From NCBI GenBank assembly GCA_013265495.1, contig MU058844.1, forward strand, positions 7,191,260 to 7,255,259: 64,000 nucleotides of DNA. The letters run 5' to 3'. This document shows positions 25,800 through 39,037 of this stretch, piece by piece; within the stretch, counting starts at the first letter, position 1, and each line of letters opens with the position of its first letter. The notes under the pieces are model-generated. The model was not told the origin of the DNA, ran no database searches, and saw only the letters and a program-made list of their open reading frames with translations. This DNA is from Vicugna vicugna. Its lineage: Eukaryota. Made by a program: the position numbers and the translations under genes.

Positions 25800-25930
25800 T
25801 AGAATCATTATTTACATCCCTTAATTTTACGGATGACAAAATTCAATCCAAAATACATAAAGCCATTTTATATGTAATACATCTAATAAATGGTAGAGTT
25901 GGGATTAGTATCTGACCCTAGTGCCTCTTC
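25800..25930 (-). mobile_element. Degenerate MIR
   Basis: attttacggatgacaaaatt...acatctaataaatggtagagttgggattag...tctgacc. Confidence 0.55.
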
Positions 25931-25939
25931 TTGTCCTTG

Positions 25940-26980
25940 TACATCTGGGTTTTAGGAAGTTTTAAGAATTGAAGTTTCTCATTCGGGAGTGGCAGAGGGA
26001 AAGATGACATACTGATGAAAACATGAAGGTCTCACATTCTATTTTCAGACCTCACCTCTGAAGAGCTGTTACAGCTCCAGAACTGCAAACTGCAGAGTTA
26101 ATAGTTCTTAGGAACTTTCCTAAATATACTTTCTACATACAAATCTCAGTCTCAGAATCCACTTTCTGGAGAAATTAACCTGTTACTAAGTTGAACTTTA
26201 GAATTAGTTCTTGTCTTTGTTACAAGCTGTATTATTTTTGAAGGCTCTGAATTTGTCCCAGAAGCAATTTGCATGGTTGTATGGCTTTTCCCCATCAGTG
26301 GCTGTCAAGACAAGTGTAAAATACGATGGTAAATTACTGAGTTAAGACAAAAATCAGGATATAAACTTGGTTTCAGGATCTTAAGTAAACAGCACGGAGT
26401 TTATACTGCAGATTTGATAGGAAATAAGTGGCTTTTACAAATGTCTGTACTCCTGTCATAGTAACAAATTTATCCCTATATTACTGGCTCAGCAAAATCA
26501 ATGTGTAGGTTAGTAGGCTTGGGTAGTACATTGCCATCTCCTCTGAGTTTAACAAGTGGTGGTGCTTGCCAGGATATTATATAAACACTGACAAAAGGAA
26601 GACATGAAAGTCATAGACTGCAACCTTTTTTTCCCAAATATGGGAAATAAAAGTCAGAAGGCAGTAGTCTGCAGCTGCCTGTAATAGCACTCATAAAGCA
26701 GCAGTGAACATTTGGCCACTTTCTACTTTGATGAGTTACCAACCATTGCTAGAGTTGAAACAATGAATTTCAATTAGAAGATGTGTTTATGCTTCACAGC
26801 ATCATCCATATTTTTTTTAACTAACTCAGATATGGCACATGAAGCAGCTAAGAGGAATATATTCTTGGAAGAGAGCTGAGTATTAAGAACCAGGGAATAT
26901 CACATAAGACATTTTCTTGGATAGTGGGATGGGTGTAACTATATGCAGTCCTTCTCCTGGTGGTTTTTATCAACTTGCCT
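25940..26980 (+). mobile_element. Possible ERVL/MaLR LTR end plus highly decayed internal sequence
   Basis: tctcagtctcagaatccactttctggagaaattaacctg resembles an ERVL-type LTR 3' end. Downstream sequence weakly echoes ERVL internal motifs. Confidence 0.3.
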
Positions 26981-27049
26981 GCATATATAGGGTGTTTCTA
27001 GTTTCAGTGTCTTTAAACTTCAATTTGACATATAAAAATAAATCAATGT

Positions 27050-29025
27050 TACCTGTTACTAATAAGTAATTATAATAAAGTTACAAAATGTAAGATTAAT
27101 ATACAAAAGTCAGCCTCTTTCCTAAATTACCAGTAATGAACAAGTGAAATTCAAATTTCAAAACATAGTAATAATTATATTAGCACCCACAATGTGAAAT
27201 ACTTGTATAAATATGTCAAAATATGCTTAAGGTCTTTGTGAGGAAAACTGTAAAACTGATGAAACAAACCAAAGAAGAATTAAGTAAATGGAGAGATATT
27301 CCATATTCACGGATAAGAAGACTCAGTAGCAATGTCACGATGTCAGTTATTCCCAACTTGATCTAAAGGTTTAATGTACTTCAAATATAAATCCCAGAAA
27401 GTAATTTGTGGATATTGAAAAACTGATTCTGTATCTTACATGGCAAGGCCAAAATCCCAGAGTAGCCAGTACAGTAGTGAAGAAGAACCATGTAAGAATA
27501 CTGACACTACTTGACTTTAAGACTTACTACAAAGGTACAGTAATCAAGATAGTGTGGTACTGGTGAAAGAATAGAAAAATCAATCAAGGGAACCCACAAT
27601 AGAGCTCAGAAAGAGTCAACTGATCTTTGACAAAGGCGTAAAGATAATCTTTCAAACAGATAATGCTGGAAAAACTGAACATCCACATGCAAAAAAAAAA
27701 AAAAAAGAATATAGACATACACCTCACATCCTTTACAAAAATTGCCAAAATTGTTTATGAATCTAAATGTAAAACACAAAACTGTACAAATTCTAGAAGA
27801 CAGAACATCTAGATGGTCTTGGGTCTAGCAATGATTAATTAGATACAACACTAAAGATATGATATACGAAGGAAATAATTGATATATTGGACTTCATTAA
27901 AATTAAAAACTTCTGCTCTACAAAAGACTGGCAAGTAAATGAGACAACTAGCCACAGATTGAAAGAAATTATTTGCAAAAGACATATGTGATACAGTACT
28001 ATGTTCCAAAATATGTAAAGAACTCTTAAAACTCAACAGTAAGTAAATAATTCAATTTAAAAATAGGCAAAAGATCTAAATAGATAGCTTATAAAAGAAC
28101 ACACACTGAGAGAAAATAATCATATGAAAAGATGTTTTTACATACCTATTAGAATAGCTAAATTCCAAAATGTTAATGATAACAAATGCTGATGAGGATG
28201 TAGAGCAATAGGAACTCTAACTCATTGCTTATAAGAATGCAAAATGGTGCAGCCACTTTGAAAAACAGTGTGACAGTTTCTTAAAAACGAAACATACCCT
28301 TATGATATGATCCAATGATTGTGCCCACAAGTGATTTGAAAGCTTATGTCCACAGAAAAACTTGCACATGGATGTTATAGCAGCTTTGTTTATAACTGCC
28401 AAAGCTTGGAGTCAGTCATGATGTTCTTCAATAGGGGAAAGGATAAATAAACTGTAGTATATCCAGGCAATGTAATATTATTCAGCACTAAAAAGAAATG
28501 AGCTATAAACCATGAAAAGACAGGCAGGAACCTTAAATTCATATTAAAAAGTGAAAGAAGCCAATCTGAAAAGGCTGTATGATTCCAACTAGATGACATT
28601 CTGGAAAAGGCAAACCTGTAGAGACAGTGAAAAAATCAGTGGCTTCCAGGAATGAGGGGAAGAAAGGATGAGTCAACATCCAGATGATTTTTAGGGCAGT
28701 GAAACTATTTTGTATGATAATATATATAATGGTGGATACTTGCCATTTTACATTGGTCAAACTCATTGAATATACATTAGCAAGAATGAACCCCAATATA
28801 AACTGTGGACTCTGGATGATAATGATGTGTCAATGTAGGTTCATTGATTTTAAAAAAACATGTACCTCTCTGTGGCAGGAGGTTGTTAGTAGGGGAGGCT
28901 GTGCATGAGTTGGGCAGAGGGCCTATGGGAACTCTCTTTCTGTTCAATTTTGCTGTAAACTTGATACTGCTCAAAGATAGAAGGTCTATTAAAAATATAA
29001 AAAATTGGAAATTAAAAAATAAATT
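27050..29025 (+). mobile_element. L1 (L1MC-like) ORF2 3' half plus 3' UTR, disabled
   Basis: aaatggagagatattccatattcacggataagaagactca, gacttactacaaaggtacagtaatcaagatagtgtggtactgg, ggacttcattaaaattaaaaacttctgc, and an L1MC-type 3' end with an A-rich tail. Confidence 0.95.
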
Positions 29026-29327
29026 GCCCAAATGTCATGTATTCTGGTATATTTCCATCCATACCTTCAGAGCCAAATAATGTCAACATAATTGACAACA
29101 ATTTAAAAGTCAAAACACTACAACATTAACATTCAACTGCAAACCTCCGATTTATGCTCAACACCATTAACCAGTAAACAAAAGTAATGTCAATGGGTTA
29201 AAAATCACATGAGAACTAAGTGGTGGTTGTGCATAGGTTTAGAGCCTTGCAATAGGTAATATGCCAGCAAGACTATCTAGTTTTACTGATGATGAGTGGT
29301 AGTCTACTTTGTGATTCACACACCTGT

Positions 29328-29540
29328 GGAGAGGCAGCATGGTGTGATGGATCAATGGGTGTGGTGTGGAGTTTAACCAGTGACCATTTGAATAGTTGAT
29401 CTGCTGCTTCCTGTGTAAGGAAATATTTACTTCTCTGTAAAATAAAGATAAACTAATTTTATTAAATTAATAACACATAAAATGCTTTGAATATGCCTTG
29501 CATATTGCACACATAAGATACTGGATAAATATTAGAAATT
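29328..29540 (+). mobile_element. MIR SINE
   Basis: gagaggcagcatggtgtgatgga...tctctgtaaaataaagataa...aaaatgctttgaatatgccttgcata. Confidence 0.7.
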
Positions 29541-32500
29541 TTTATTAGGACTAGGGGCTGTTGGTGGGAGTGCAGGCAGGATATGAGAAATAAGATATAG
29601 GATGGAACACATTTCCTAAACCACAGTTTGAAAACTGTCAAGTCACAGACCCAATTCAACTTGAACCCTCACAGAAAGTGTTAACCTAGCTTCAAAAACT
29701 AGCCCTGAATTCTCTCAGAGCCATAGTTAACTAGAACTTGGTGGCAGCTATTCCTTTTAGATAAGCTCTGGCTCTCCTGTCTGCCTCAGTCTCTGCCTGG
29801 TCTTTCTCACGCTTGCATATCTCCTGCCTAGTCTCTGCAGACATATCTGCTTGAAACCCCCAGTTTAAACAAACTATATTACGTGGAGCATATCTACTTT
29901 TAGGTAGCAAGCTATATTGTTAATAAACTTAATAATATTAGTAACTATTAATGTTAAATGGACTTAATAATATTTAATGATATTTATATTTAATTATATT
30001 GATTTTTTTAGGCTGTAGTAACCTCACAGTCCAACATGAAATGTCACTAAAATTTAATATCCACTTAAATATGGATTTAAAATTTAATTTTAAGGTTTTG
30101 TCCCATCTTTTCACATCAAGGTAAATAACATGAAATAGCCCTTCTAGACGACGTCTTGCTTGTCTAACAAGTTTATAATATGCGTGTGAGCAAAGAGGAA
30201 GTAGATTGGATGGTTTCCAGTTAGAATCCTTGAGAATTATTGGGGACTCTTACAGGATTAACGTATTCAGCTATGCCCTGGGTCCTGTTCTACTCTGTTT
30301 CTTGCTAGTGCTGAACCGTGTTCTGGGGATCAACAATAGCCATTTATGTAAACCTATAACTGTACCACTGCCAATCATGTGCATTCATGAGTACATCAAG
30401 GCTAATTTTCTCCTTAAAGAAGCTTTTTGTGGTCAATGGTAAAATTTGATAAGCTGTTGTCATTAGATTACCCTCTAAAATTTACATATTATTCTTCACC
30501 GAAATTGACTCAAAACCAGAGAAATTGTGCTTTTAATAAATGTGTTTTGTAATGAATTTAGCTTATCTTTTCAAACCCTAACCCCAAAAGAAAACTGACA
30601 TCTGCATGTATTCTTCCCCAAGAGAAATATTTCTCATATAGAATGGAAATCTGTGTATTATCTATACAAATGCATTAAAATCTAACCCTGTAAATTATTT
30701 GTAAAAATGCAAAACTTATACACAAATCATTAAGACAAAGAATCCTATTTGTATTGAGTTCAAAGAATAAACTTAACAAAAAGACCAGCAAATTTTGCAA
30801 AACTGTTTTCTGGAACTGAATATGAATTATAATGACATTTCAATCATTTATACAGTAACTTCTTTATTTTGTTCAGAAGTATACTGAACGTGTTCTTTGC
30901 ATCTTACTGCAAAGTCTATTCCTTCGGCAATTTATCCAGTGACAAAAAATATTAAGACATTGTTCAAGAATATGTTCTACTACAATATATTTTCAATTTT
31001 CTTAGCATGTCTCTAGTAGACATTTTTAAAAATAATACCTATATTATCATGAGAAAAACCCAAAAGACCTTCTAAAAAGTGACATTTTTTTCCAAATGAA
31101 GAAGAGTTGGATAAAAGTGCATAAATGTGTACTGTAGAAAAATTGCCAAGGTTAGTCACACTGGGAAAAAAAACAAAAACAAAAATCTCACTCAAGTTCA
31201 GTGCAACTCAACACTTTGGGTTTGAATGAATGCAAGGTCAGCGTTAAAGGAAGAACTATAGGACACAGCAAAAACATTTATCTTGTGCCTGGGATGACTG
31301 TGAGACATGAAGTGCCTGGGAGAGCACGGAAATCTGCAGCTTTATGGCATGTGCTTTCCTCAGACAGTGGTTTGGATTGGCCTTAGGGCAAAGTGAGAGA
31401 ACATTTTAGAAAAGACAATTCAGAAAAAAGAGAGACTGTGGCATTAATGTTTGAAAGTGTGTCTTGGGATAGAGTGGATTGATTTATGTAGCTAAGGAGA
31501 ACAGAACTCAGATAATTAGGTGAAAGTTTGTGCTGTATATTTTTAGTCAATGAAGTAGAATTTTATAAATATGGGTACATGTACCTGTAAATACGCTATC
31601 TACCTCAGGAAGTCCTGAATCCCTTATCCTATCCATGTCTAAAAGAAGAATAAACTGACAGCTTCTCATGGTAACCTGAAAAAAATTATGCTGAATTTGG
31701 TAGGGTATTTAGACTAGAAGACTTCCAATGACCACCTTTTTCAACTCTGACAAAGTTCCAACAAATAAGATACTTTCTTTTCTAACTATTTTTGGCCTGT
31801 ATATAAGGGAATGAGTATAAACTGTCATTTAAATTTTGATTTATGTATTTGGTTTTTTTTCCTCTAGAGACAATTTTGTGGATTAAAAAAATAATCTGAC
31901 ACTGTAGAAACCTAGTATATTGACAGTAACAATCAGATAACATTAACATATTCTTTTTTCAGTTAGCTTCTTTGGCATATTATGAAGTTCTACCATCTCC
32001 ATCTAGCTGATACATATCTTCAGCTGGAGAACAAATCTCTAAAGGAGGTTGAGTAAAGTACTATTTTAACACCAGCACAAATAGATAGATTTTTGATTAA
32101 TTGTATCACAAATGCTAAGAAAATGAAACGGCTAAAAGAATCTGCAAGTCCAAAAACATATTCAGATCTAAGTACAGTTTTGTAATGCTTAGAATAATAA
32201 TTCTATCTGACAACATAGAGTGGGATAAGTCACAGTTGTTAACATTTTTTAATGCAACAGAAGCATACCTTTTGCATGCTTAGAAGATGGTGAAGAGGTG
32301 AAGATTTAATTATACACAAGGCAAATAAAAAGCAAATTATACCAAATTGTAATATATTAAATTAGGAACTTTAATTATAACCAAGAAAATAATTATTAAT
32401 CTTAGAGTAGTAAAGTCAAATCTGGGACATTTTAGAAAGTGTTGTGAAATATTTTTATTTTGTACTTGGTAGAAGCAATGAATTAAATATTCCACATATA

Positions 32501-32804
32501 AATAAGTGTAGAAATACTCATATTACATTTTTTCTTCTGTTGTCCTTTATTCCACTGAGTAACAGTCTCCTCTCAAGAGAAAGAGTTGAGAATGTATTAG
32601 GAGTAAAGAAATGTGAGAATAACAAAAATTGTAGCTGACGTAAACTGTGAAAAAAAAAACCACATTGAAAATCTTGCAAATTTGGGAGCGGTTCCTACAA
32701 ACACAGGTGTCACGTAACACACATACTCACATGTCTCACTCCCCTTGAGAAAAAGCTTCTCTTCTCTCATTGATCCCTCACTTGCTCATTCGCTCATTTT
32801 TAGG

Positions 32805-34182
32805 AAAACTTACTTGCCTCATTGATGTCCTTGAACAACCTTGGCACTTAGCCACCTTTGTTTGATTATTTCCTGTAACAGAAATACTTCTACGCATGCC
32901 TCAAGCTCCAGTATTTCCAAGGCTCACTCCCTTACTTCACTCAAATATTTGCTCAAATCTCACCTTTTAAAAAAAATAAACATTTTATTTCGGAATAATT
33001 TTACTTGTATAGGAGACTTACAAAGGTAATATATTGAGACCCTATGTATCCCTCAGCTAATTTCAGTTTTCCCCGATGTTATCTTTTAAAATGTGTGGTT
33101 CATTTGACAAAAACTAAGAAGCTAATATAGGTACATTACTGTTAACTAAACTCCAGAACTTATTTGGATTTCCACTAGAGTCCTTTTTCTTTTTAAGGAT
33201 CCAATTCAAGATATCACATTGCATATAGTTGTCATTTCTTCTAATTTTCCTCTTTTGTTACAATCTCTCAGTGTTTCTTTGTTTTACATGACCTGGACAG
33301 CCTTAAAGATAACCGGCTGGGTGTTTTCATAGAATACTTCTTAGTTTATGCTTTTCTTATTTTTTCCTCATGATTACACTGAGATTATGGGTTTTTGGAA
33401 AGTACATTACAAAGGTAAAATGTCTTTTCATCACATCACATTAGAAGATAAATGATATTCACATGACTTCACTGAGGATGTTACTATTGATTACTTGGCT
33501 AAGGTAGTGTTTATCAGGTTTATTTATTGTAAAGTTACCATTTTTCTCTTTCCACACTCTATGAAGTGAAAGCAAATCAGTAAATCCAGCCCATCCCCAA
33601 GGGAAACTGGATTTAAGCTCCATATACTGGGAGGCTTTGGCCACTGAGAGTTCTTTACGTTTGACTCCTGTGTCCCTTTGACGTGCCCAGTATCTTGGTT
33701 TTTTTGTGCACTCCTTATATTCTAGTACTACAAGATGCTCCACGATTATCTTGTATTTTCTCTGTTCCAGTCTTAAAATCAGTCATTTCTTTAAGGATTC
33801 ATGGTTCCTTTTATTGGAGAATGGTATATGGAAGCTAGGATCTCTGTGCTAGATGTACTTCTTTCTAAAGGGGTAAATCTCATTGTTTTAATGAGACTAC
33901 CCTGACCACTGTTTGATACTGCAATATTTCCCTTCCCTAATCCCCACTGTAAATTTCTGTTATGTTTCAATAGCTTGTTCCCTTTTTCATAGCACGTGCA
34001 ACCTTCAAAAATATTATAGGATGTATATATATAATGTGATTAGTTTAATTATCTGTTTTCTCCTGCACCTAAAATTTGAGTTTTATGAGGGCAAGGATTT
34101 TTGCCTTGGTCATTATTATGTATCTAGCATATAGAGCAATATCTGGCACAAAGCTGAGAATCAATAAACATTTTATTGATAT
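32805..34182 (+). mobile_element. L2 3' portion, split by an antisense L1
   Basis: ggctcactcccttacttcactcaaatatttgctcaaatctcacctttt resumes at aatgagactaccctgaccac and ends tatgagggcaaggatttttg...tctggcaca...tcaataaacatttt. Confidence 0.8.
32971..33874 (-). mobile_element. L1MC3/4-like 3' UTR inserted in L2
   Basis: Antisense L1MC motifs (ggtacattactgttaactaaactccag, aggatccaattcaagatatcacattgca, attggagaatggtatatggaagctaggatct). Degenerate flanking direct repeat. Confidence 0.8.
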
Positions 34183-35752
34183 TTGCAAAAAACTTGAATT
34201 ATCTAAATACATTTTGGATCTCATAATTAAACATCTCAAATCATGTTTATATTTTGAAAATTGGACATAATTTAGGATAATTTATTTAATAGGATTGGAA
34301 AAATCCAAAGAAAATCAGGAATCTGCCATTAAGATCATTGACTTAAGTCCACAAACTTGGTGAATTTACATGTTAAGGTATCGATAATTTTACATAAAAG
34401 TACAAATAATTTCTGCAGTAGAAGTTTATGGCTATTGTCCTGTGAAACAGCCTAATATAGTATCTAACACAATTAAAACCTAACTCTTATTTCTTATTAG
34501 AAATGTGCCTGTAAATGTGTCTTAATTATGAAATCATTAATGCCCTTTGACATTATGTTCATCTTATTGTTCCCTAATTAAGTAATAAGTTCAACTTGAC
34601 ACATGCTCAGTTTATACTTGCATAAGAGTCATAGTTTTACTTTTGAAATTACACTTTAGTAGTAGACTTACTGTGTTAAATGAGCATTAGCAAACTAGTA
34701 GTAATGGTTAATGATATATCTGATTTTAATTCCATTTGAATAAAAAAGGAGATACGACTATGAAATCAAATTCAAATAAAAACCTTCCAATCTGTAACTT
34801 GAAAACATTGTTTGCAATAAAAGTAATTGTAAAAAGTAATTGTAAAAAGGACTACGTTAGTTCAGTAGTGCATGGAATTTAAATGTTTTCAGCATGAGCT
34901 GATATGAAATTCTGCAATTACATTCTAAAATAAAAAGATCACTTTCACAAAATTTGAGCAGGAAACTATATCAATTCTTCTAAGCTATGATTTTCAATTT
35001 TCATCTACTACTTCATATATCTACAATCCCAAATATCAAATAAAAGAAGGAAGAAAAAATCATCCTATTTTGGAATCTTAATTCCAGAGTGAAAAGAAAA
35101 TGTCAAGTAAAATGATAAAAACAAAATAGAGAATGCAAATTTAACTGAAAAAAATTTCAATCCTTTTAATATATTACTGATATTTCCATGACACCTTGTC
35201 ACAAATTATTTCCTCTCCACCCAGTAAGTCATATGTGTTCTTGATAATTAAGCCTATTGGTAATATCTTTACAGTACTTAGGAAAGATATTCCTCTTCCT
35301 CGCCCCCTACTCTCTTTTTCTTTCTTTCTCACCATCACATTTATCTTCATACTCATCCACACCCACACCCACAAACACCTACACCCATGCACTGCCCTTT
35401 TAGGCATGAATGCCAAGAGAAGACAAGATTATTTTTTTAGACTAACCATTTTGATTTAAATATTTGATGAACAACTATATGCTTCAACATAATAATTATT
35501 TACATATAAGGTACATATTTATAAACGACCATTTGCTTCCTTAAAAATAAGTGCCAATAATAATATTTCAATAATGTATATAAACTTTAGTAAAAATAAT
35601 CAGGAAGATGAATTAAGTTTCAAGAATATTGGCATTTTTTTCCCCTGATGCTACATATAATGCAAGATTAATCCATATTCCTTAAGAATATAATTTTGTC
35701 TGTTTGTTGGTGAAAAATTCATATTTATGAAAAAATTATTTAGAGAAATAAT

Positions 35753-35970
35753 CAATGGTGTGCTGGAGTCAGCATTGATCATTGTATCAGAGCCAAATGT
35801 TTCTATTGCTTCCCATCTCTGTTTCATCTTTATTGACCTTCTAGTAGTTTAAAATCAGTCATGGTGGGAGTATTTATTTACACAGAAAATTGGAAAATAC
35901 TACAAATTAAAGGGTTGTTTGTGTGTGTGTTTGGAGAGCTGATTGTTAAAAATTAGGCAGCACATCACTG
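35753..35970. mobile_element. MER63-like hAT-Blackjack DNA transposon
   Basis: Terminal inverted repeats caatggtgtgctg / cagcacatcactg, with internal catggtgggagtattta...cacagaaaattggaaaatactacaaat. Confidence 0.85.
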
Positions 35971-37033
35971 TATATCTCCCATATTTAGCAATGCAATGAT
36001 CATTTTTTCTCCCTATTTCACCTAAAATTACATGTTTCTGTTTTCTTTAAATATATCCTTCTAATTTTGTAATTACAAAAGACTCAGTAATTGAAAAATG
36101 TGATTACTGATAAAGTACTTTTGTTTGACTTTATTGCATGAAAGAAATAATGAAGCTTAGCTTCAAAATGTATTTTACCATTTAGCTATTCAAGTTTGAA
36201 TTAACATTTTAGGGATCATCATTTTTATAAAGCTAAAAACGCTCTTTAGAAATTTTCTAGTCTCTGTCCACCCTCTTCCACTGAATTTAGATAATGTCAA
36301 AATCTGTCTTCTTAATCAGTGTCTCCATATCAATAGCTTTTAAAAGATAGAAAATAATGGGATGAAGCACATGAATAGATTGAATTATGACTGAGATGCC
36401 CATCTTAACTTTAAAAAAATTTGAATTGATAAACTGCGTTCAGCAAGTCAGTGTTTCCTCTCTGGGGGCATATTTTCTCATCACCTGACCAGAAAACCTC
36501 CTGTCTTTATTTTATTTTTACTTTGGCAACATCTGTACTATTTTCCCTCCATGACTGAAAAAGCTACAAAATGTGGTGTCAAACACACCACTGTTGCCTG
36601 GACTAAAGCTGGACACTACGTGATGAGACTGTTATCTAATTGTATTCACTTCTAAGATGTATAAGTCTTTCAGAGTAGTGATTTACATCAATGAATTAAG
36701 AAAAAAATTTAAAGCTCTTCATTTGTTGCTGTTGCTTTTGTCATTGTTCAGAAATGTAGGAAAATGTGTTATGAGGAAAACCTTTTTATGGTAAAAAAAA
36801 AAAACAACTAAATGTCTTATTCTGGGTGAATCAGAGTGGGCCTGTGTTCATTATTACACAAATTTTAGTCAACTCTCATAGTGAAGACCAAAAAAAAACA
36901 ATCATTTCTTTTTGGATATGGCTGATTCACATTCTTTCTGGGACATGAAGTTAATGGTTGATATATGACAACTTGAAAAATAGGATCCAGTTCCACTAGA
37001 CATCCACTGGAGACAGAATGTTGCTGTAAATAT

Positions 37034-37672
37034 TCAGGCAATTTTCTTTATTCATGGATTCCATATTTGCAAATTTGCCTACTGGAGAAAATCTATCTGT
37101 AACCCTCAAGTCAGTACTCTGGACACTTTCATGGTCACTTACAGACTTGAGTGGAGAAGAGAAAAATTTGAGTTTCCAGACACACATGTTCCCAGCTGTG
37201 AATTCTTGTTTCAGATCTTATACTGTAAATTAGTGTTCTTTTTTGTGGTCTGTTTAGTGCCAATTTTTGTGCTTTTGGTTGGTTGTTTTGTTGTTTAAGA
37301 TGATATCCAAGCATAGTCTCAAAGCAGGTCTCCTGTTCCTAAGCACAAGCAGGTAGTGATGTGCCTTATGGGAAAAAAAAAATGCCTACGTTAGATAAGC
37401 TTGTTTAGGCAGGAGTTACAATGCAGTTGACTTCCATTAAGTTCATTGAGTTCAATGTTAATAATTTAATAATGTATTTTAAATAACATGTCTTTTAAAC
37501 AGAAACACACAAAACAAGTTAGCTAATGATCAGCTGCTAAAAATGCTGTGACCAGGGGCTCACAAGGACTTAACCCTATATTTCCCCAGGAGCAATGATT
37601 CAGTATTCATTAATTCAGCATTTGCAGCCACTTTATTGATTATAACTAGTGTAAATTAGGAGAATGACTGTA
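37034..37672. mobile_element. MER82-like TcMar-Tigger DNA transposon, near full length
   Basis: ttattcatggattccatatttgcaaatttgcctact start, gttcctaagcacaag...gtgatgtgccttatgg internal, gagaatgactgta end (TA target). Length ~640 bp. Confidence 0.85.
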
Positions 37673-38149
37673 TCTTGAAATAATGTAGTAAGATAGATTG
37701 TCATACCTAAAAAAGATTTTGTGGAAAACTATTAATTTTTATAAAACCTTTATTATCATTAAGTGATACTCTTCAATAAAATAAAATAAATGTATTAATA
37801 ATCAAAATTTAATAAGTGATAATAATGATATAAATGTTAAATCCACCTTTAAACTGTCAATTTGAGAACTATCTCTCTGCCAAGGCATTCCTAAAGTTTG
37901 CTTGATTTTGAGAATACTTGTTTTTGATTATCAATATTAGCTCTGCATACTTTAGATGATGTAGATATTCAATTACTAGATTTATTCAACTCATTTAAAA
38001 ACTATAATACACATAATAGAAAAATGAAGCAAAAAGTGTTAACAGAGTAACTCTTTAGGACATCTGTATTTGAAATATAATAAACTTCTGTAATTTACAT
38101 ATATCAGGTAATTTATTATCATTATGTCAACCCACATCATTTAATAAGA

Positions 38150-38395
38150 AAAATAGCTATCATGTATTGAATATTTATCACAAAGCAGATGCTTTCCTTT
38201 GCGCTCTATATGTTATTCTATTTTGTCCAATAACTCCTCTATTAAGTAAATTATATTTAGTATCCCAAGCATACATATAAGGCTACTGAGGGCCAAGTCT
38301 ATTAATTAACAAGCCCACAGTCACAAGGCTTGCGAGAAAGAGAGCCCAGATTCAAAAGTAGGTAGGTCTGACTTCACATCTGGAAAGTGAACATA
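38150..38395 (-). mobile_element. MIR SINE
   Basis: atagctatcatgtattgaatatttatc...ctactgagggccaag...gcccacagtcaca...gagcccagattcaaaagtaggtaggtctgacttca. Confidence 0.75.
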
Positions 38396-38957
38396 AGTGG
38401 TTAATACCTTTTAGCTAATAATATTTTATCATTGCATGAAAGTACATTTTCAAATCTGCTCTTCATCCATGCTACCTACAGTACCACCTATCTATCTGTC
38501 TATCTACCTATCTGTGTATCTAGCTACATTAATACATACATGTAGACTATTTGTAACTTGGAATGTTTCCTCAGCTTGAGTATTCAACACTGTTAATTAA
38601 GAAACAGAGAATAGTCATGAATATAATTAGGTGGGAACTAGGCTAAGAATATGGGATATTTCAAAGTAAAACTTGTCATATACTTTTTTATGGAAATAAG
38701 TAATTCTCTAAGTTGTTGGAATGGTTAAATATTTAATAAGTGATTTAAAGAAACAGAGAGTATTAGCAATCCCAGAAAGAATACCTCATGGATTTGGGAC
38801 AATTCTGAGCACCTTTTATTAAGCAAGACTGATGACAAAACAAGCCTTTCTCAGAGTGTAAACACCAAATGACAATAGTCAGGTGCTCTAATTTATTCTT
38901 TGTAAAATTCTGAGATAAATTTGGTTATGATATTGTTTTTTGTTTAATATACACTAC

Positions 38958-39037
38958 AGTATATGTGTGATTGAAACATTATGCTGTACACCAGAAAGTG
39001 ACACATTATAAACTGACTGTATGTCAATAAAAATATG
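38958..39037 (+). mobile_element. Very short lineage-specific L1 3' end
   Basis: gattgaaacattatgctgtacaccagaaagtgacacattataaactgactgtatgtcaataaaa, the same family as 11993-12230. Confidence 0.85.

Noticed and set aside
28390..29080. Cluster of five overlapping short ORFs
   Set aside because: All are within or run out of an L1MC-like 3' UTR.
34819..34849. 13-bp tandem duplication aaaagtaattgta
   Set aside because: Ordinary slippage duplication.
35325..35395. C/A-rich stretch superficially like mitochondrial DNA (NUMT)
   Set aside because: It is degenerate (CACACC)-type low complexity with no recognisable mitochondrial gene sequence.
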